From Candidatus Altiarchaeota archaeon (GTDB taxonomy: Archaea > Altiarchaeota > Altiarchaeia > IMC4 > QMZM01), in the NCBI GenBank assembly GCA_018897475.1, contig JAHIKS010000142.1:1-33020 (forward strand): 33,020 nt of DNA. The letters are read 5' to 3'. Below are positions 32,861 through 33,020 of the stretch, piece by piece. A program made the position numbers and the translations under genes. The number at the start of each line of letters is the position of its first letter. Within the stretch, counting starts at the first letter, position 1. Under the pieces are notes generated by a model. That model saw only the letters and a list, made by a program, of their open reading frames with translations. It did not search any database and was not told the DNA's origin.

Positions 32861-33020
32861 TTATGCAAGGAATTGGTTAATACTAGACTTTGACGGTTTA
32901 TATGCTGGTGTTACAGGGTTATCACTTTCATGATTTCTGCTGGTGTCTGCTGCTGGATTGCTAGTTTGTGTACTAGCATTACAAGCGACTCCAGCAACTG
33001 GCGGGCAACGTACCTGCATC
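32861..33020 (-). CDS. 3' end of an unidentified ORF running off the right edge of the window
   Basis: My own translation is ..MQVRCPPVAGVACNASTQTSNPAADTSRNHESDNPVTPAYKPSKSSINQFLA*. The frame is open to the window edge. No family is recognised, and it may be non-coding. Confidence 0.25.
   Translation of the reverse strand, partial: MQVRCPPVAGVACNASTQTSNPAADTSRNHESDNPVTPAYKPSKSSINQFLA

Noticed and set aside
1-33020. A clean GC-content boundary near 9.4 kb separating a 'foreign' metabolic island from the housekeeping block
   Set aside because: My spot counts of single 60-nt lines were inconsistent: pckG and rbcL about 48-50%, icd and the aminotransferase about 37-38%, malic enzyme about 43%. 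Only the 20175-21101 and 7660-8052 ORFs stand out clearly. This needs a computed sliding-window analysis before any claim.
1-33020. CRISPR arrays, tRNA/rRNA genes, reverse transcriptase/retron or DGR components, and toxin-antitoxin pairs
   Set aside because: I saw no regularly spaced direct repeats, no cloverleaf-compatible intergenic segment, and no RT or cas-like ORF. The intergenic regions are short apart from those discussed above.

Overview
This is an archaeal chromosomal window: PurP, GatE, TFE, PriS, aTrm56, aIF2-gamma, RpoE'/Spt4 and S6e/S24e/S27ae are all present, and GGAGG-type ribosome-binding sites are in use. I cannot assign a lineage from sequence alone.

Layout:
- 1-9.4 kb: a central-carbon node. 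On the minus strand, a TrmB-like regulator, form III RuBisCO, GTP-PEPCK and carB. Divergent from these, isocitrate dehydrogenase, malic enzyme and an aminotransferase.
- 9.5-11.8 kb: tandem purP paralogs.
- 11.9-13.6 kb: an IS200/IS605-type TnpB element with a coupled small upstream ORF, plus an unexplained 230-nt rod-like nested inverted repeat.
- 13.8-21.1 kb: a 7-blade propeller surface protein, TFE, an HD protein, PriS, then a second divergent TnpB-like gene beside an AT-rich membrane gene.
- 21.1-32.8 kb: a conserved information-processing block (gatE, rps6e, aIF2-gamma, PIN, H+-PPase, rpoE', spt4, DPCK, rps24e, rps27ae, trm56, pcm).

Most notable observations:
1. The 230-nt structured element sits directly upstream of the small-ORF/TnpB pair.
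2. Long Pro/Glu/Lys-repeat tails are grafted onto ribosomal proteins S6e and S24e and onto a membrane protein. The S6e and S24e tails share a 129-nt stretch that is about 96% identical.
3. A perfect 21-bp palindrome with a TACT-N3-AGTA core lies in the divergent promoter next to the TrmB-like regulator.
4. Several short gene relics are present: an aconitase-like N-terminus, a P-type ATPase N-terminus and a frameshifted hypothetical gene.

No CRISPR array, tRNA or rRNA was seen. All calls rest on reading the translations and sequence by eye; no database search was run.
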